Positions 32,678 through 52,366 of a stretch of 64,000 nt of DNA are shown here, one piece after another. Every line of letters begins with the position of its first letter. Positions within the stretch are counted from its first letter, which is position 1. A model generated the notes under the pieces. The model was given only the letters and a program-made list of their open reading frames with translations, was not told the origin of the DNA and did no database searches. Source of the stretch: the human T2T-CHM13v2.0 reference genome, Homo sapiens. The stretch lies in NCBI RefSeq assembly GCF_009914755.1, contig NC_060934.1; one strand, given 5' to 3'. Both the position numbers and the translations under genes were made by a program.

Positions 32678-32978
32678 AGCTGGGCGTGGTGGCCCATGCC
32701 TGTAATCTCAGCACTTTGGGAAGCCGAGATGGGCGGATTACCTGAGGTCAGGAGTTCAAGACCAGCCTGGCCAATGTGGTGAAACCCCTTCTCTACTAAA
32801 AATACAAAATTAGCCAGGCATGGTGACTTGTGCCTGTAGTCCCAGCTACTCGGGAGGCTGAGGCATGAGAATCGCTTGAACCTGGGAAGTGGAGGTTGCA
32901 GAGTGAGCTGAGATCACGCCATTGTACTCCAGCCTGGGCAACAAGAGTGAAACTCTGTCTCAAAAAAAAAAAAAAAAA
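32678..32978 (+). mobile_element. AluS in the COX15 3'UTR
   Basis: Alu consensus; TSD ~ggaacta. Confidence 0.92.
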
Positions 32979-33576
32979 TGGAACTATTTGGCGATTACCT
33001 CCTTTTCCAAGTACTTAAAAACCATTTTGCTACATATACACATTAAGCTTGTCAAAATCTGCAATTTCCCCATTTCTGAAAATCAGGATATTAGAAGACA
33101 TTAGCTTTTTTTTTTTTGCTGAAGACCAGCTGGCTACTTTGGGTATGTCAATCCTATCCTTTCAATCTTCACCTAATGGAAGTGAAGTTAAGATCATAAA
33201 GAAATTCTATTTAGGCAGAATTAAGGACTCAGGAGAACATCCACGTAGAAATCATCCACGTAGAACCAAGAGCTTGCCAACACTGAAAAACCTGACACAA
33301 AGCCTGTTAAGCAGCAAATGGCAGACATTTCTTTCTCTACATTAAAACTGATTTTCAACATGAAAAGCAGATTTAAAAGGGAACATTTAGGGTAACCACA
33401 CTTAATGCATTCTTGATCCAGTGACTATCTCAAAACAGGAAAAGATTTTTAAGTAAGTTGACCATTTGGAAACCACTTGGTATGTCAAGGTCATCTCGTA
33501 GAAAAGCCCAAGTTCTTATGATCTCTGAAGAGCTCTCAAAAGCAGTCACAGTCCCAGGAGGCTGGTCCTCTAAGAA

Positions 33577-33708
33577 TCATTTTGGGACTCTTCGGAGTTC
33601 ATTCATCAGCCAAAGAGCACCAGTGAGCAAAGCCAAGGAGCCTGACTGGTGAGTGGCGGCCAGAGGAGTTGGGACATACATCAGCAGCGTGCTGATGCCC
33701 AAGCCCAC
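33577..33708 (-). CDS. COX15: COX15 terminal coding exon, isoform 1 (VGLGISTLLMYVPTPLAATHQSG...RRVPK*)
   Basis: tgacag| acceptor; H387; TGA at 33579-33577. The joined CDS is 1233 nt = 410 aa. Confidence 0.96.
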   Translation of the reverse strand: MGLGISTLLMYVPTPLAATHQSGSLALLTGALWLMNELRRVPK

Positions 33709-34073
33709 CTGTCACAAAGGAAAGAAGGCAATAGGAAAGGCAGTAACCCAAAGTTCACATTGAAAATGGCCAGGCGTGGATAACCACACACAAACCTCCA
33801 CATCCTCCTATCAGAGCACTTAAAATACACACATTTTTAATTTCACAAGCAAATATGCTTACAATGAAAGAAATTCGAACAAAATTGATAAACCTAAAAT
33901 TCCCCTTATTCTTCAATCCATCCCAGTTCCCCAGAGTAGTCACTGTTACCAGTTTCTGCATACTTGTACTTTAGTATGTTTATAGAGAAATAAATATATA
34001 GTTTTGTGCTTTTAAAAAACATATTGTTCTGTCACTTGCTTTTTTTCACTTAGCAATATACACTATGTATTGA

Positions 34074-34438
<365 letters not shown>

Positions 34439-34975
34439 TAACTATTTGGGTTGTTTCCAATTTTTCACTATCACAATTCTATGATGAATTTTCTCATACA
34501 AAAGGTCTTTGTGCATTGGACTGTTTCTAGGACTGACACTAATAAGTTCATTTGCTGGGCCAAAGAATTATCCATTTAACTTTTAAAAGATATTGCCAGC
34601 CTGGGTGACAGAGTGAGACTCCATCTCTAAAAAAAAAAAAAAAAGATATTGCCAAATTGCCTTCTGGAAAAAACTGTACTGACTCATGCTCTCACCAGGA
34701 ATATTTGAAAGTATCCATTTTCCTATGCCCATGGCAATACCTGATTATCTTTTTTTTCACTTTTTTCCAATTTGATAGGCACAAAATGGTACTTATTTTT
34801 TAAATTTGCTCCTCTCTGATTATAAGTGAAGCTGAACAGCTTTTCATGTTTACTGGCCATTAATCATTGTTTTTGTGGTAATTGTGTATTGATGTCCTTT
34901 ACTTATTTTCCGGTTATTAATCTTTTAATTTATTATAAATATGGAAAATATTTTCTCCTAGTCTGTCACCTTTCC

Positions 34976-35280
<305 letters not shown>

Positions 35281-35332
35281 CCTTTTTTAACTTTGTATTG
35301 GGGATACTGTCAGAACAAAAAGAAGTGGTTTA

Positions 35333-35467
<135 letters not shown>

Positions 35468-36361
35468 CTATCACATTAGATAGAAGTGCCAGGTTTCTAA
35501 CTCACCTTACATGTATCTCCTCTAGAACCACTCAGCAACCATGAAGTACTTTCCTGTACCAGTCACAGAGAACCTCCCTGCAGTCCCAGCCTGATCACTC
35601 CTCCACAGGCTGTCTCTTCCACCATCCTCTTCTGCTTGCCACTTAAACGTCGGTATCACCCAGGCTCCACCTAAGATTCTGTATGTACTTTATACACCCT
35701 CACTCCCAGTGATCTCATCCACCTTCCAATGTGGGTGTCCCCCTCATTTTTAATTCTTTGCATCCTTATCCCTAACCATATCTCTAATCCTATATTCTTA
35801 AAGCAGGGCTGACCCCAGCACATGAGGGTTATTATTTTCCTGGGCTGTGAGTGGAGAAAGTGCTGGTGCTGCCAGCTGGTGCTAAAAAAGACCTAAAGTC
35901 TCATTTTCATTCCTATCTCTTCAGAACAAGGGTCCAGGACTGGCAATAATGGTCTCCTTCCTCTTCCACGGTATCAGGGAGAATGTTTTCTATCATATTT
36001 CTACATTTATTTCACTTCATTTCCTTTTCAGTGCTGTCCACAATGACAATTTCAACCAGGCTTTACTTATGCTAAAATACTGTGCGCGGGTGGGGACTCA
36101 GCCCACACCAGGTAACATGCCTCAGCCCAGCCCCCATTGGACAGCTGAGCCCTCTGGCCCCCTCTCTCTGGACGTGCTGCTCTCATCTCACACTCAACAT
36201 ACCTCCCTCTGATGACATCCTCCCACCTCTAGCTCCACACTCATTCTGAGGGTCCCATCCCTGTAGGTCATGTTTCAAGCATGCTGTAGAAGAAACTTTG
36301 GGATTTCACTTGATCTTTCTTCACCTTTATTCCTGACAGCCAATCTTATTAACTCTTTTCC

Positions 36362-36675
36362 TTTATTTATTTATTTATCGTAGAGATGAGGTCTCCCTGT
36401 GTTGCCCAGGCTGGTCTTGAACTCTTGGGCTCAAGCGATCCTCTTGCCTTAGCCTCCCAAAGTGCTGGGATTACAGGCATGAGCCATTGCGCCCAGTGCT
36501 CTTATTTTTAAATTAAATTTAATTTTTTAAGAGACAGGCTCTCACTCTGTCTCCCAGGCTAGAATGCAGTAACGTGATCACAGCTTACTGCAGCCTCAAA
36601 CTCCTGCTCAAACAATCCTCTCGCCTCAGCCTCCCAAAGTGCTAGGATTATAGGTGTGAGCCACCATGCCCAGCC
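36362..36675 (-). mobile_element. FLAM/Alu monomer plus an internally deleted Alu
   Basis: Two Alu-derived pieces. Confidence 0.8.
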
Positions 36676-37241
36676 TCTCTATTCCTTTAAATTCTCTCTC
36701 AAATGCATCATTCTTCTCAAGTCCCACTCCCACCATGTAGGCCCCATCTCCATCACTCTCCCTGGCATTACGCAGCAGCACTATGCTTCTCACAGTCTCC
36801 TTACTGCTCATCTTTCCCCGCTCCAATTCATCACACACAGGCCTCCAAGCCAATCTTTGAATGGCCCATAGCAGACCCTCAAAACATATTCGCTTAAATA
36901 GAATGAAAAGTACTGGTGAAGCTCCTGGCTCCTTGAGCTTCTGGTTTAGCTCCGAGAGCTACGTGCTTAGCAGCTATGGTCTCCGCATTCGCTTCTCTAC
37001 TCAACCACATTTCTGCTGAAATGACTTTCTAGGTACGTGCAGAATTGAGGGAGGTTATCACTTGCCAAGTGGTAAAAGGCACATTTGAACTTTTAAGAAG
37101 CTGGCAACGTCCTGAAAGCTAGAATTTGGCTGGGGTTGGGGTAGGGGGACAGGGGTGAATAATGAGGACAAAGACATTAGATTAGAGAAATGGTCCTAAA
37201 ATTTCTTCCAAAGAGAGCAGGAAATATAGTTCCCTGCTCTA

Positions 37242-37544
<303 letters not shown>

Positions 37545-38143
37545 CTAGTTCTGATATAGAAAAAGTCTGTTATCCCAGAGTTAAACTAAGGGAACAGTCA
37601 GAGAATAATAGACATATCTGCAACAGGAGTTCTCCAACAGAGAAGATACATCACAATCACCAAGGAAACTTCAAATCTCTGCATCCTTACCTGCTCCCAC
37701 CCCAAGATTCTGCTTCCTCTAGAGAAGTGGAGTAGAGGCTGTGGTGTGGGGGGAGGGGGAGAGGCTTATTAGCTTAGAAAAATTCCCTTAGTGATTTTGA
37801 TGCCCTCCTCACCCCGCCACTGAGTGCTACTGATTTATTTTAGAAATGCTCTCCCACAGATGTCTGCATGACTGACTCCCTTATTTCCTCAGCTTCCACT
37901 CAGATGTCACCTTACCAAAGAGATTTCGCTTGATGATCCTAGCCCACTTTCTGTCTCCTGACCCTAATTTATTTTTCTTCATGGCACTAAATATCATCTA
38001 GCACATTATGTTTCTATTGTGCGTTATCTGTCTTCCCCAAATGCTCAATAAATGTTTGTTGACTGAATACGGAAGTGAGAAAAATCCCAAAACTTATAAA
38101 CTAAATCCTGGATAAACAAATAAAGAGGGTATTCATGAATTAA

Positions 38144-38795
<652 letters not shown>

Positions 38796-38892
38796 TAAAT
38801 GTCCCTTATGAAGTAAAAATTCATGCTCTTATGCCAAAAATAAAAGTGTTGAGTGGCTCATTGGTTTGAATCAATATTATTTTTAGTCCAGA

Positions 38893-39442
<550 letters not shown>

Positions 39443-39915
39443 GAATGAAAAAATCCTGTGTTGGTCTCTCTGTGCCAATGAACTCTCCACCTGCAACCAT
39501 CTCTGAGGGCAAGCCTTTTCTCTGACCCATGTTGATGTAATGTGATGATAACAATGTTTATATATAGTAACAGCTAACACTTATGTAGCCTTTGCTACAT
39601 GCCAACAACGATGCTACACATTTCACATTTAGCAGTCATACTGTTGTCGTAATCTCCATTTTATAGATAAGGTCTCTAAGGCCCAGAGAGGTTACAGAGC
39701 TTGCAAAGGTCATATAGTTCACAGGTAGTGAAGCCAGGATTTGAACCTAGGCCATCTGGATCTAGGTAGATGTTCAATATTTTTGTTCAATTGACAGTAA
39801 AGTAGAATTTTTGGAAGAGAGAAAGGAACAGGAAACAGAGGGTGAAGATGGGGGAATGAGAGAAACAGATGTGAAAAGGAAATATAAAGATGCAGGAGGA
39901 AGGGGCAAAGCATTA

Positions 39916-40059
<144 letters not shown>

Positions 40060-40701
40060 CTAAATATGAAAAAAAATCATTCAGTTAAACTGTGTTGCAG
40101 GAACAATGAGAGGCAGCAAAGATCTCTAAGGCCAAACCCAAGTGACAAATTAAGATCAGATCTTCTCTGACCCCTAGACTAGGTTAAGTACTCCTGGCAG
40201 ATATTCTGTTCCAACATGTACTGTATTTTATTATAATTATAGATTACTATCTGTTTTCCCTTCTACCCCATAAGTTTTGTGAAGGCAGGAACTGCCATCT
40301 TTTTTACTAGAGCAATCTTAGCCTAGTGATTGGCACATAGGTACTCATTACGCATCTGTTCAAAAACTGAATGATTTCCATTATTCAGGAAACAATGCTT
40401 CATCACGGTTGAAAGGATGTAGCTTAAGATCAGGACTGGATTTTCATGTGTGTGATATTAGTGTTTAGCAAATATAGTCAGAATCAAAATTGCATAAAGT
40501 GCTTAGAGATTCCTCCATTTAGTGTTTTTGATAAAATCAAAATTTGTTTTTATTCTTATTACCAACTTCTAATACTAATAAGTGAATCATCAAATATGAA
40601 TAAGAACTTTATAAACAGGTGACTATGCCACCCTCAAATGGCTTACACTCTACTATATGAAAAGTTAGGTATCATTACTAACATATTATAGGACAGTATA
40701 T

Positions 40702-41217
<516 letters not shown>

Positions 41218-41513
41218 CACTATATGGCTCATTGGGTAGCATCTCAAATCCTTTTTGTAATTAGGTGAATCTAAACTAACAGAGAAAAACAATTGATAAA
41301 GTCATCAGTAACCTTTAAGAGTACAATTTCAGTAGCAAGAGTGTGTGGGTTTATGTGTAAGTGTGGGTAAATGTGTGAGTGTGTATGTATTGGGTTGGGT
41401 GAGGAAGATAATTACAGGGACTGAAAAGAAGGAATAGATTGTCAGGAAGCAGCAGCTATAGATGCAGGCAAAATGAATTCATTAAGATGAATTCATTTTA
41501 GAAGTCTGAATTA

Positions 41514-41920
<407 letters not shown>

Positions 41921-42037
41921 TCAGTGGTTGTCTACTGTATCAATATTTCAACCCAATTTGGCTTCTCTGTGGGAATGACTGCCAAGACAACACGTCCAGT
42001 CCTTACTGGGATCTAGCTACTAGCTCCAAGTACCTAA

Positions 42038-42442
<405 letters not shown>

Positions 42443-42883
42443 TAAAAAAAAATTCTAGGGAAAAAAATGTCCTATAAGGGTGTGGTGTCTTGGAACCTCT
42501 ATTATTAATGAAGGCCTCAAAAAAATGTTATACCTTGCTTTTAAATCAAAGCATAAAATGAAAAACTAGTACTTTGCTTTAATCAGCAGACAGAAAAATA
42601 CTTCAGACAAAATCACTAAGGTTTACTATTAGACTTAACTGGCAGGTCCCCATTTAACGAACAATATAGCTCTTGTCCACACCAGAAGTTCAGAAACACC
42701 TCTGTTCTGATCTTTCTCACTTTGCCATCCACCATCCCTTCTAGGAGTCAGAGGTAAAGCGACTGGGATATTTCTTGTTGTTGGTACTCCCTCCCACTCT
42801 ATTTTTCAATTTGTTTCACCTTTGCCAATAGAAAATGTTGGCAAAATATTCAACTCCTATATGATCCAGCAATTCTACTTCTA

Positions 42884-43114
<231 letters not shown>

Positions 43115-43159
43115 CTAGAACCCCCAAGAGATGAAGCAAACAAAACAAGGTTAAAATGA

Positions 43160-43470
<311 letters not shown>

Positions 43471-43627
43471 TGATCTGTTCAACTTTACTGAGGAAATGAG
43501 CTATCAGGAGTACTCTCTACCCCACCCCTCCTCTTTCCATACCCTCCCCAATACGCAGTGTCCCAAGATTCATGATTTATCCACAGTTCTTCACATATCA
43601 CCATTAATACTTAACTACTATTTAGAT

Positions 43628-43760
43628 CAGAAGTGTCTGATCTTTTGGCTTCCCTGGGCCACACTGGAAGAATTGTCTTGGGCCATGCATAAAATACACT
43701 AACACTAACAGTAGCTGATGAGCTTTAAAAAAAAAAAAAGGTCCATGGATATATCTCATA
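43628..43760. mobile_element. MER30 fragment
   Basis: tcttttggcttccctgggccacactggaaga...tagctgatgagct. Confidence 0.75.
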
Positions 43761-44544
43761 AAACTAGATTGAATGTTTTGGAGAAACTTAATAAAGGTAA
43801 ATGCTTAAAAACATCTACTGTCAAGTTAGGTTGGAATAAGACAATTATAAAAGTTTCAGGGGAAAATCATAAAAATCAATAAGGTTTTGCATGCAGATCG
43901 CTTTGCAAATATCTAAGTTCCCACTCCGCTTTAAGCAAAACCACAGTTTATGGGGATATAAGAAACCTGCAGTTGAATGCCAATCTGGGGACGCATAGTC
44001 AAAGAAAAGGCCTTGATTTTGTAAAAGTTGGTAATGAACGTACAGATTTAAGTTTAAAAGTTTATGTTATGTATCATATTCTATGATTCTCTGCTTTAAC
44101 TGGCTTTTTCAATTAACCAAACAATTGTTAGTTCCAATCATATGAAATAAGACAGCCCTTTCACTCCCACTTGCCAGTAGAATCAGGTCAAAGAGGTGGA
44201 CTCTGCCACTTCTAAATATATACTCTTCAGGAAATCTTTTTGGGCATTTCTCTCCCCTTTCAAGATTACCCTGGATATTCGAATTACCTTGATTTCATCT
44301 GCAAGAGACATTGAAAGATGAAGACGTACACAGTTGATTCACTAGCCCACTTTCTTCTCCCATACCTTATCTGACATCTTTAATTTCTGCCTCCCTAATA
44401 GTGTTTTCAGTGTTGGCTTGTTTTTCTAATTCTAAAATGTTAACTTTCATTTTGTTCTACATGCCTTTCTCTGGTTACTATTAGACTTTGATTATTGTTT
44501 CTGCTGCCTCTATTTCTTCTCTCTCATCTCCCTCCTTAATCCCT

Positions 44545-44839
44545 TCTTTCTTTATTTATTTTTTTTGAGCCAGAGTCTTGCTCTGTTGCCCAGGCTGGAG
44601 TGCAGTGGTGCAACCTCTCAGCTCGCTGCAACCTCCGCCTCCCCGGTTCAATCAATTCTTCTGCCTCAGCCTCCGAAATAGCTGGGACTACAGGCCCACG
44701 CCAGCATGCCCAGCTAATTTTGGTATTTTAGGTAGAGACAGGGTTTTACCATGTTGGCCAGGCTGGTCTGGAACTCCTGATCCCCCACCTTGGCTTCCGA
44801 AAGTGTTGGGATTACAGGTGTGAGCCACTGCACCCGGCC
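44545..44839 (-). mobile_element. AluS
   Basis: TSD ttaatcccttct. Confidence 0.9.
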
Positions 44840-45596
44840 TTAATCCCTTCTAACTGACTCATTTTCTTACCACTTCTGAGTTAAATTAACCAATTAGCTT
44901 CCTCCTGATTAAATTTTGATGTTTCTTTGATGCCCTGATAATCTCCTTTAGGATCTCTAAACCTTGACCCAAATACTCCTATGTGTCTTCTCTTTTAATT
45001 TGTGGCTCAGTTTCACCCAACTTTTTTTTTTTCATCATTCTAGCAGTACTAACCTGTTAACTGTGGGAGTCTTTCCTTAAGAGGCGCTCAACTTACGTGA
45101 TTTTAATTGCCATTTATATCTGAATATCTCTCAGCTACATGGGTATTCTACAATCCTTCATCCCACAAAGTGTTTCTCTCTTTTGGAATTTTCCTGTATG
45201 CTTCTGTGGCATTCTAGCACAGGGATCCCTCTTTCCTATAGCAGACAAGTTAGAAAAAGAGGAGAGACAAGAACCTAGGGAGACACCCATGATGGGAAAC
45301 AAACTACATCTTGCAGCACATGAAAATATACTACTGAGTGCTTTACTGATTCCAGGCACTAAGCTAAGTACTTTAAATATGGATTATCTCATTTAATATT
45401 TACACGACTGTACATGGTGGCACTGTTATTATCCCCATTTACAGGTAAAGAAATCATAGCTTTCAGAGGTTAGGTAATTTACCCTAAGTGTCAGAGCTGG
45501 GGCTTGAAGCTAGGCCTGTGACACTAAAATGCATGCTCTTACCTATTCTATTAAAGTGCCTCAGAGATTATTTCCTTAAAAAGAATGCCAACTAGG

Positions 45597-45898
45597 GGCC
45601 GGGCGCAGTGGCTCACACCTGTAATCCCAGCACTTTGGGAGGCCAAGGCAGGCAGATCACGAGGTCAGGAGATCGAGACCATCCTGGCTAACATGGTGAA
45701 ACCCCGTCTCTACTAAAAATACAAAAAATTAGCCAGGCATAGTGGCAGGTGCCTGCAGTCCCAGCTACCGAGAGGCTGAGGCAGGAGAATGGTATGAACC
45801 TGGGAGGCGGAGCTTGCAGTGAGCCGAGATCACGCGCCACTGCACTCCAGCCTGGGCGACACAGCGAGACTCCGTCTCAAAAAAAAAAAAAAAAAAAA
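45597..45898 (+). mobile_element. AluY-like
   Basis: gagatcgagaccatcctggctaac and ggagcttgcagtg diagnostics; TSD aatgccaactagg. Confidence 0.9.
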
Positions 45899-45941
45899 CA
45901 ATGCCAACTAGGAAGCTCCTGGGAGCATTTCTGGTTTCTCA

Positions 45942-46163
<222 letters not shown>

Positions 46164-46431
46164 TCAAAAAAGGAGGAGGAGGAAACATCCTTCTGATTTT
46201 TATTTTCTTACGGAATGCAAAACCTTTCTTTCTCAGTCCTGCAACTTGGTAGGTCTGCCCTCTTCCTCATCAACGACCTCAGGATGACTTTGGATTTGGG
46301 GGCTTAGAAGACAAGCTGACTAAACATAACTGAACCGAAGTTCATGAAATAATCTAACCATTCTGAAGGGTTTAAGTCCAAAAGATCAAATGGGCCTACT
46401 GGGATGTTTACCTAATTTTCTCTAATACTTA

Positions 46432-46599
<168 letters not shown>

Positions 46600-47089
46600 T
46601 TACTCACAAAAGGTTTATAGCAACAAGTGGATCTGAACTTAACCTTGTTAAAGGTAAACACATTGTTTCCTTGTTTCCTCTTTTGAGACATTTCTCTGTT
46701 ACTGCTTGGAATTTTGTCAGAAACAGCTGCCATCAGGTACAAATTTATTTACCCTTATATTCTCTCAATCCTTTTATTCAACTCTCCCCAATTCTTTTTT
46801 TTTTCCCAATTCTTCCTTTCACTAGCATTCCTCAACAGGTAAAATCAACCCCTACAGCCAAAGAAATGTGTTCTAAATGCATAACCAACATTCCTTACCC
46901 AGGGAAAAGAGACCTGTTACATGTATACAGGTTTAGATTCTTGGGTGAATTTAAAGACAATAAAATTCAAATTTGTTTCACTTGCTCATAACAACCTATA
47001 TAACACATAAGGTATTTTGAAATAAGGGACGTGGAATGTGAAGAGAATTTGAGGAAGACACATTTGATTAAAACTAGAAACTTTTTTAC

Positions 47090-47980
47090 CAAAAGGAATT
47101 AGGATTCCTAGAGTAAAAGCCTGATTTTAGGCCTGAGGCAAGAAATGCACAAGATGAGCTTGGAACATCTTGTCATACTAGAAAGTAAGGAAACTATCAA
47201 AGGTAATTAGGGCCCTGCCAAAAAGTCACTAGAGCCAATTTCAGGAGATGCCCACTGACTAAAGATGGGACAATCTGAGCAAATCACTAACACCATCATC
47301 ACAACGGACCGAAACATTATCGAGTGTGTTTGAACCTATGATCTCATAATGAGCCTTAAAAATTCAAATCCTTTATTTGTTGCCTTTGGAGGATTTGGGG
47401 GACCAATTTATTATTTTGAAAATTGGTAAATAAAGGGAAAGAAGAATCAAGTATGTATCCTGCCTTTCCTATACAAACTATACCTTGGGATATCCAAACT
47501 GATGATGAGGGAAAGCTTTTTAGAGTTGAGCTAATAAAATATTATAATTTTGCTACGCTAATGAAATAATGGATCTAGGCAATGGTAATTAATGGCTGTT
47601 AACATCTATAATAGACACCAGATATTCACAAATGTTCTATTCACCTACTGAAGTATTTTGCTCCCTCATCCCTAATTTGAATCTGATCAACCAACTACTC
47701 ATTCACAGGAAATAGACGGGACAAAGGAACATGTTAAATATCACACAGTTATGCAGTCAGCAAAATCTAAACTGTGCATAACCATAGGACAAATGACTAG
47801 AGTTTCCTCAGCAACTAGAAGAGGGGGAAAGGGAGGAGTGTCTAAATCTATAGTCTCTTGATAGATTTAAACAAACCTAAGAAACATGAACCAATTGTGA
47901 TGTACAGAACTTCTTTGGGTTTAATTCAAACAAACTGTAAAAAAAGTTTTGAGACAAACTTGGACTCTGATTGAAAGAGA
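47090..47980 (+). mobile_element. Old L1M 3' fragment
   Basis: L1MC/ME 3'UTR-like motifs. Confidence 0.55.
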
Positions 47981-48171
47981 AAAGATACATAAACAATGCA
48001 CAGGTACCAGTTAAGACATAAACCAGTCTTTATAGAAGGCTCCTACTAATAAAACACTCAACTGTTCTATGGCAGGGCAAGCCATCAGACATGTTCCTTC
48101 TTTAAGGCCTCGGTTTCTCCATCTATACAATGAGGGAGCTAGACTAGATGCTCTGTAAAATTCCTTTCTCC

Positions 48172-48495
<324 letters not shown>

Positions 48496-48540
48496 CTACT
48501 GATGATCCAAATACCTGACTCACTACGAGCAAATTACTTA

Positions 48541-48723
<183 letters not shown>

Positions 48724-49185
48724 CTAAAGATCAAGATAGACAAATTACAACTGGAGAAACAGGGAATGGCTGCTACCCACACTCAACCCCATTCTGATTA
48801 GCGCGAAGTACCATAGCATCCCCACAGCCATGTCTTGTTAAGTCATCATCTCTTATCTGGATTACTGCATCAGCCTTCCAACTGGTTTTCCAATTGGTTT
48901 TCAAATCTAGCCTCACTCAAACCTATCCCCAACTACATGAATCTTCTCATCTCTGAATACTTCCCTCAGACTTCACTCTACTTACAGATATGGAATATTT
49001 TCTTTCACCTCTAGGTCTTTCAACATTTCTCTCTGGCTTGTACACTTCCTTTCCCCTGATTAATAATACCTACTGCAGATCTCCGCTTACATGTCACCTC
49101 CTCTGGGATGTATTCCCAGGCTCTTCAAGGTCTGCAATAGGTCACTCCCACAGCACACTGGAAAGCCCTTAATACACTGTAATGT

Positions 49186-50195
<1,010 letters not shown>

Positions 50196-50619
50196 TTCAG
50201 GTTCATCTGTTTGTATCTCCCACTAAACTATGAGCTTTGGGGTGGCAGTGTCTGGTCAGTCTTGCTCTCTCCCTTCTGCTAGCTTTGTTTCTAACACTGT
50301 TCCTTTATATAATGAGACCATGATAAGGATTTCGCAAATGAATAAACTGACTTCCTCCAGGGCAGGAGTCTTGTAATATTTATCTTTCTTTTTCCAGTTC
50401 CTAATATATAATAACCACTCAATAATTACTAGTTAAGCAAATGCATGCCCTCTTCTTACTATATCCCTATGAGTCCAAAGATCCATGCTCGGTTTCCTAT
50501 TTCTGATTAACTGAGTCACCTTTAGAAAAGTAACTTTAAGCCTCAATTTCCTTCTCTGTAGGATGCAGTAATACTTCCTCATCTGACTACTTGGAACTTT
50601 TTAAGCAAAAATAAACTAT

Positions 50620-50830
50620 ATGGGTAAAAATTACTCAGCTTTTACCATGTGCTAAAGGCCTGATGTATATTAAAGAATGTAATCCTCATAACAAACCTTA
50701 AAGTAGGTATTGTTATCCCCATTTTACAGATAAGGAAACTGAAGAACAGAAAGTTTAATTAACTTGGCCAATACCACACAGCAGGTCAATGTTCCAGATC
50801 TGAACCTAGGGGCTCTGATCTGAACCTATG
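50620..50830 (-). mobile_element. MIR
   Basis: tatccccattttacagataaggaaactga core. Confidence 0.8.
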
Positions 50831-50904
50831 CGTTGTGAGTGCACTGTAAGGAGCTCCGGAAACGTGATGTGGGGCTCTACATTATCTTTATCCCGGCCCT
50901 TTCA

Positions 50905-51267
<363 letters not shown>

Positions 51268-51338
51268 TTAGCTGGTGCGCGCCGGAGCCCAAATTCCAAG
51301 TGGAAACTGCAGGCGCACGAGGGAGGAACGCGTGGAGC

Positions 51339-51399
51339 ATGAAAAGGCAGGGGGCCTCCTCTGAGCGAAAACGAGCGCGGATACCGTCCGGGAAGGCCG
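51339..51399 (+). CDS. CUTC: CUTC exon 1 CDS (MKRQGASSERKRARIPSGKA)
   Basis: agcATG start; donor G|gtgcgg; basic NLS-like N-terminus. Confidence 0.93.
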
Positions 51400-51559
51400 G
51401 TGCGGAAGGTGGCGGGGGAGGGGACGGTCGGCCGAAGGCTCCCCGGGGCGGGCCGGCGGGAGTCGTAGTCAGTGGTGATTTCTTCTGGAGTCGTTTCCTC
51501 AGCTCCTTCCAGCCCCTTGGGCGGCACCTTCTATCTTTGAGGCGTTAAAGGTGTGGAAA

Positions 51560-51700
51560 CGGAGGGCGTGACGAGGGGCAGGTAGCGAGAATGGCTCAGC
51601 TGTGGAGCCAAGGTTCGAGTCCCGGGGTCCCCTCATAACGGCCCTGCGACCTTGTGCAAGTTGGTTAACTTCAGCTTCACGTTTTTTCCGTCGCCACACG
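51560..51700 (+). mobile_element. MIR remnant within the CpG island
   Basis: ggttcgagtccc...tgcgaccttgtgcaagttggttaacttc follows the MIR consensus. Confidence 0.65.
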
Positions 51701-52033
51701 AGGATGCCAGTACCGCCCGCACCAGCAGCCAGTACTCCGCTGGGATAGTTAATTGTCGAGCGCGGAGCCCAGTTCCTAACCTGCAGTTACCTGTAGCTGC
51801 CACGGCGGGGACGGGGCTTGGTCCCCAAAGTCACGCAGCTACCAAGTGGCCGAGCTTGTGGCTGCTCCAAGACCCGAGTTCTTCCTGAGTGCCAGGGTAG
51901 CATGGCATGGCAGGTGCCAGAGAATTTGGCAAGTCCCTCTTCCTCCGTGAAGAGGAACCTTCCTAAAAGTTATCAAGAATCCTCAAAGATTTTTTCTTTA
52001 TGTGGATTACATCTATCTATTTTGACTGTATTA

Positions 52034-52366
<333 letters not shown>

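Larger units (their letters stand above)
31790..33060 (-). mobile_element. CR1/L3 LINE relic (RT region to 3' end), interrupted by Alu 32678-32978
   Basis: Minus-strand translation GPVLFN..ISDLDEGI..FED and an MKLNR..KC-like segment resemble CR1 RT; CR1-like 3' region at 31790-32100. Confidence 0.7.

Noticed and set aside
51590-51625. tRNA-like A/B boxes
   Set aside because: No cloverleaf and spacing too short; explained as a MIR (kept only as a possible TFIIIC site)
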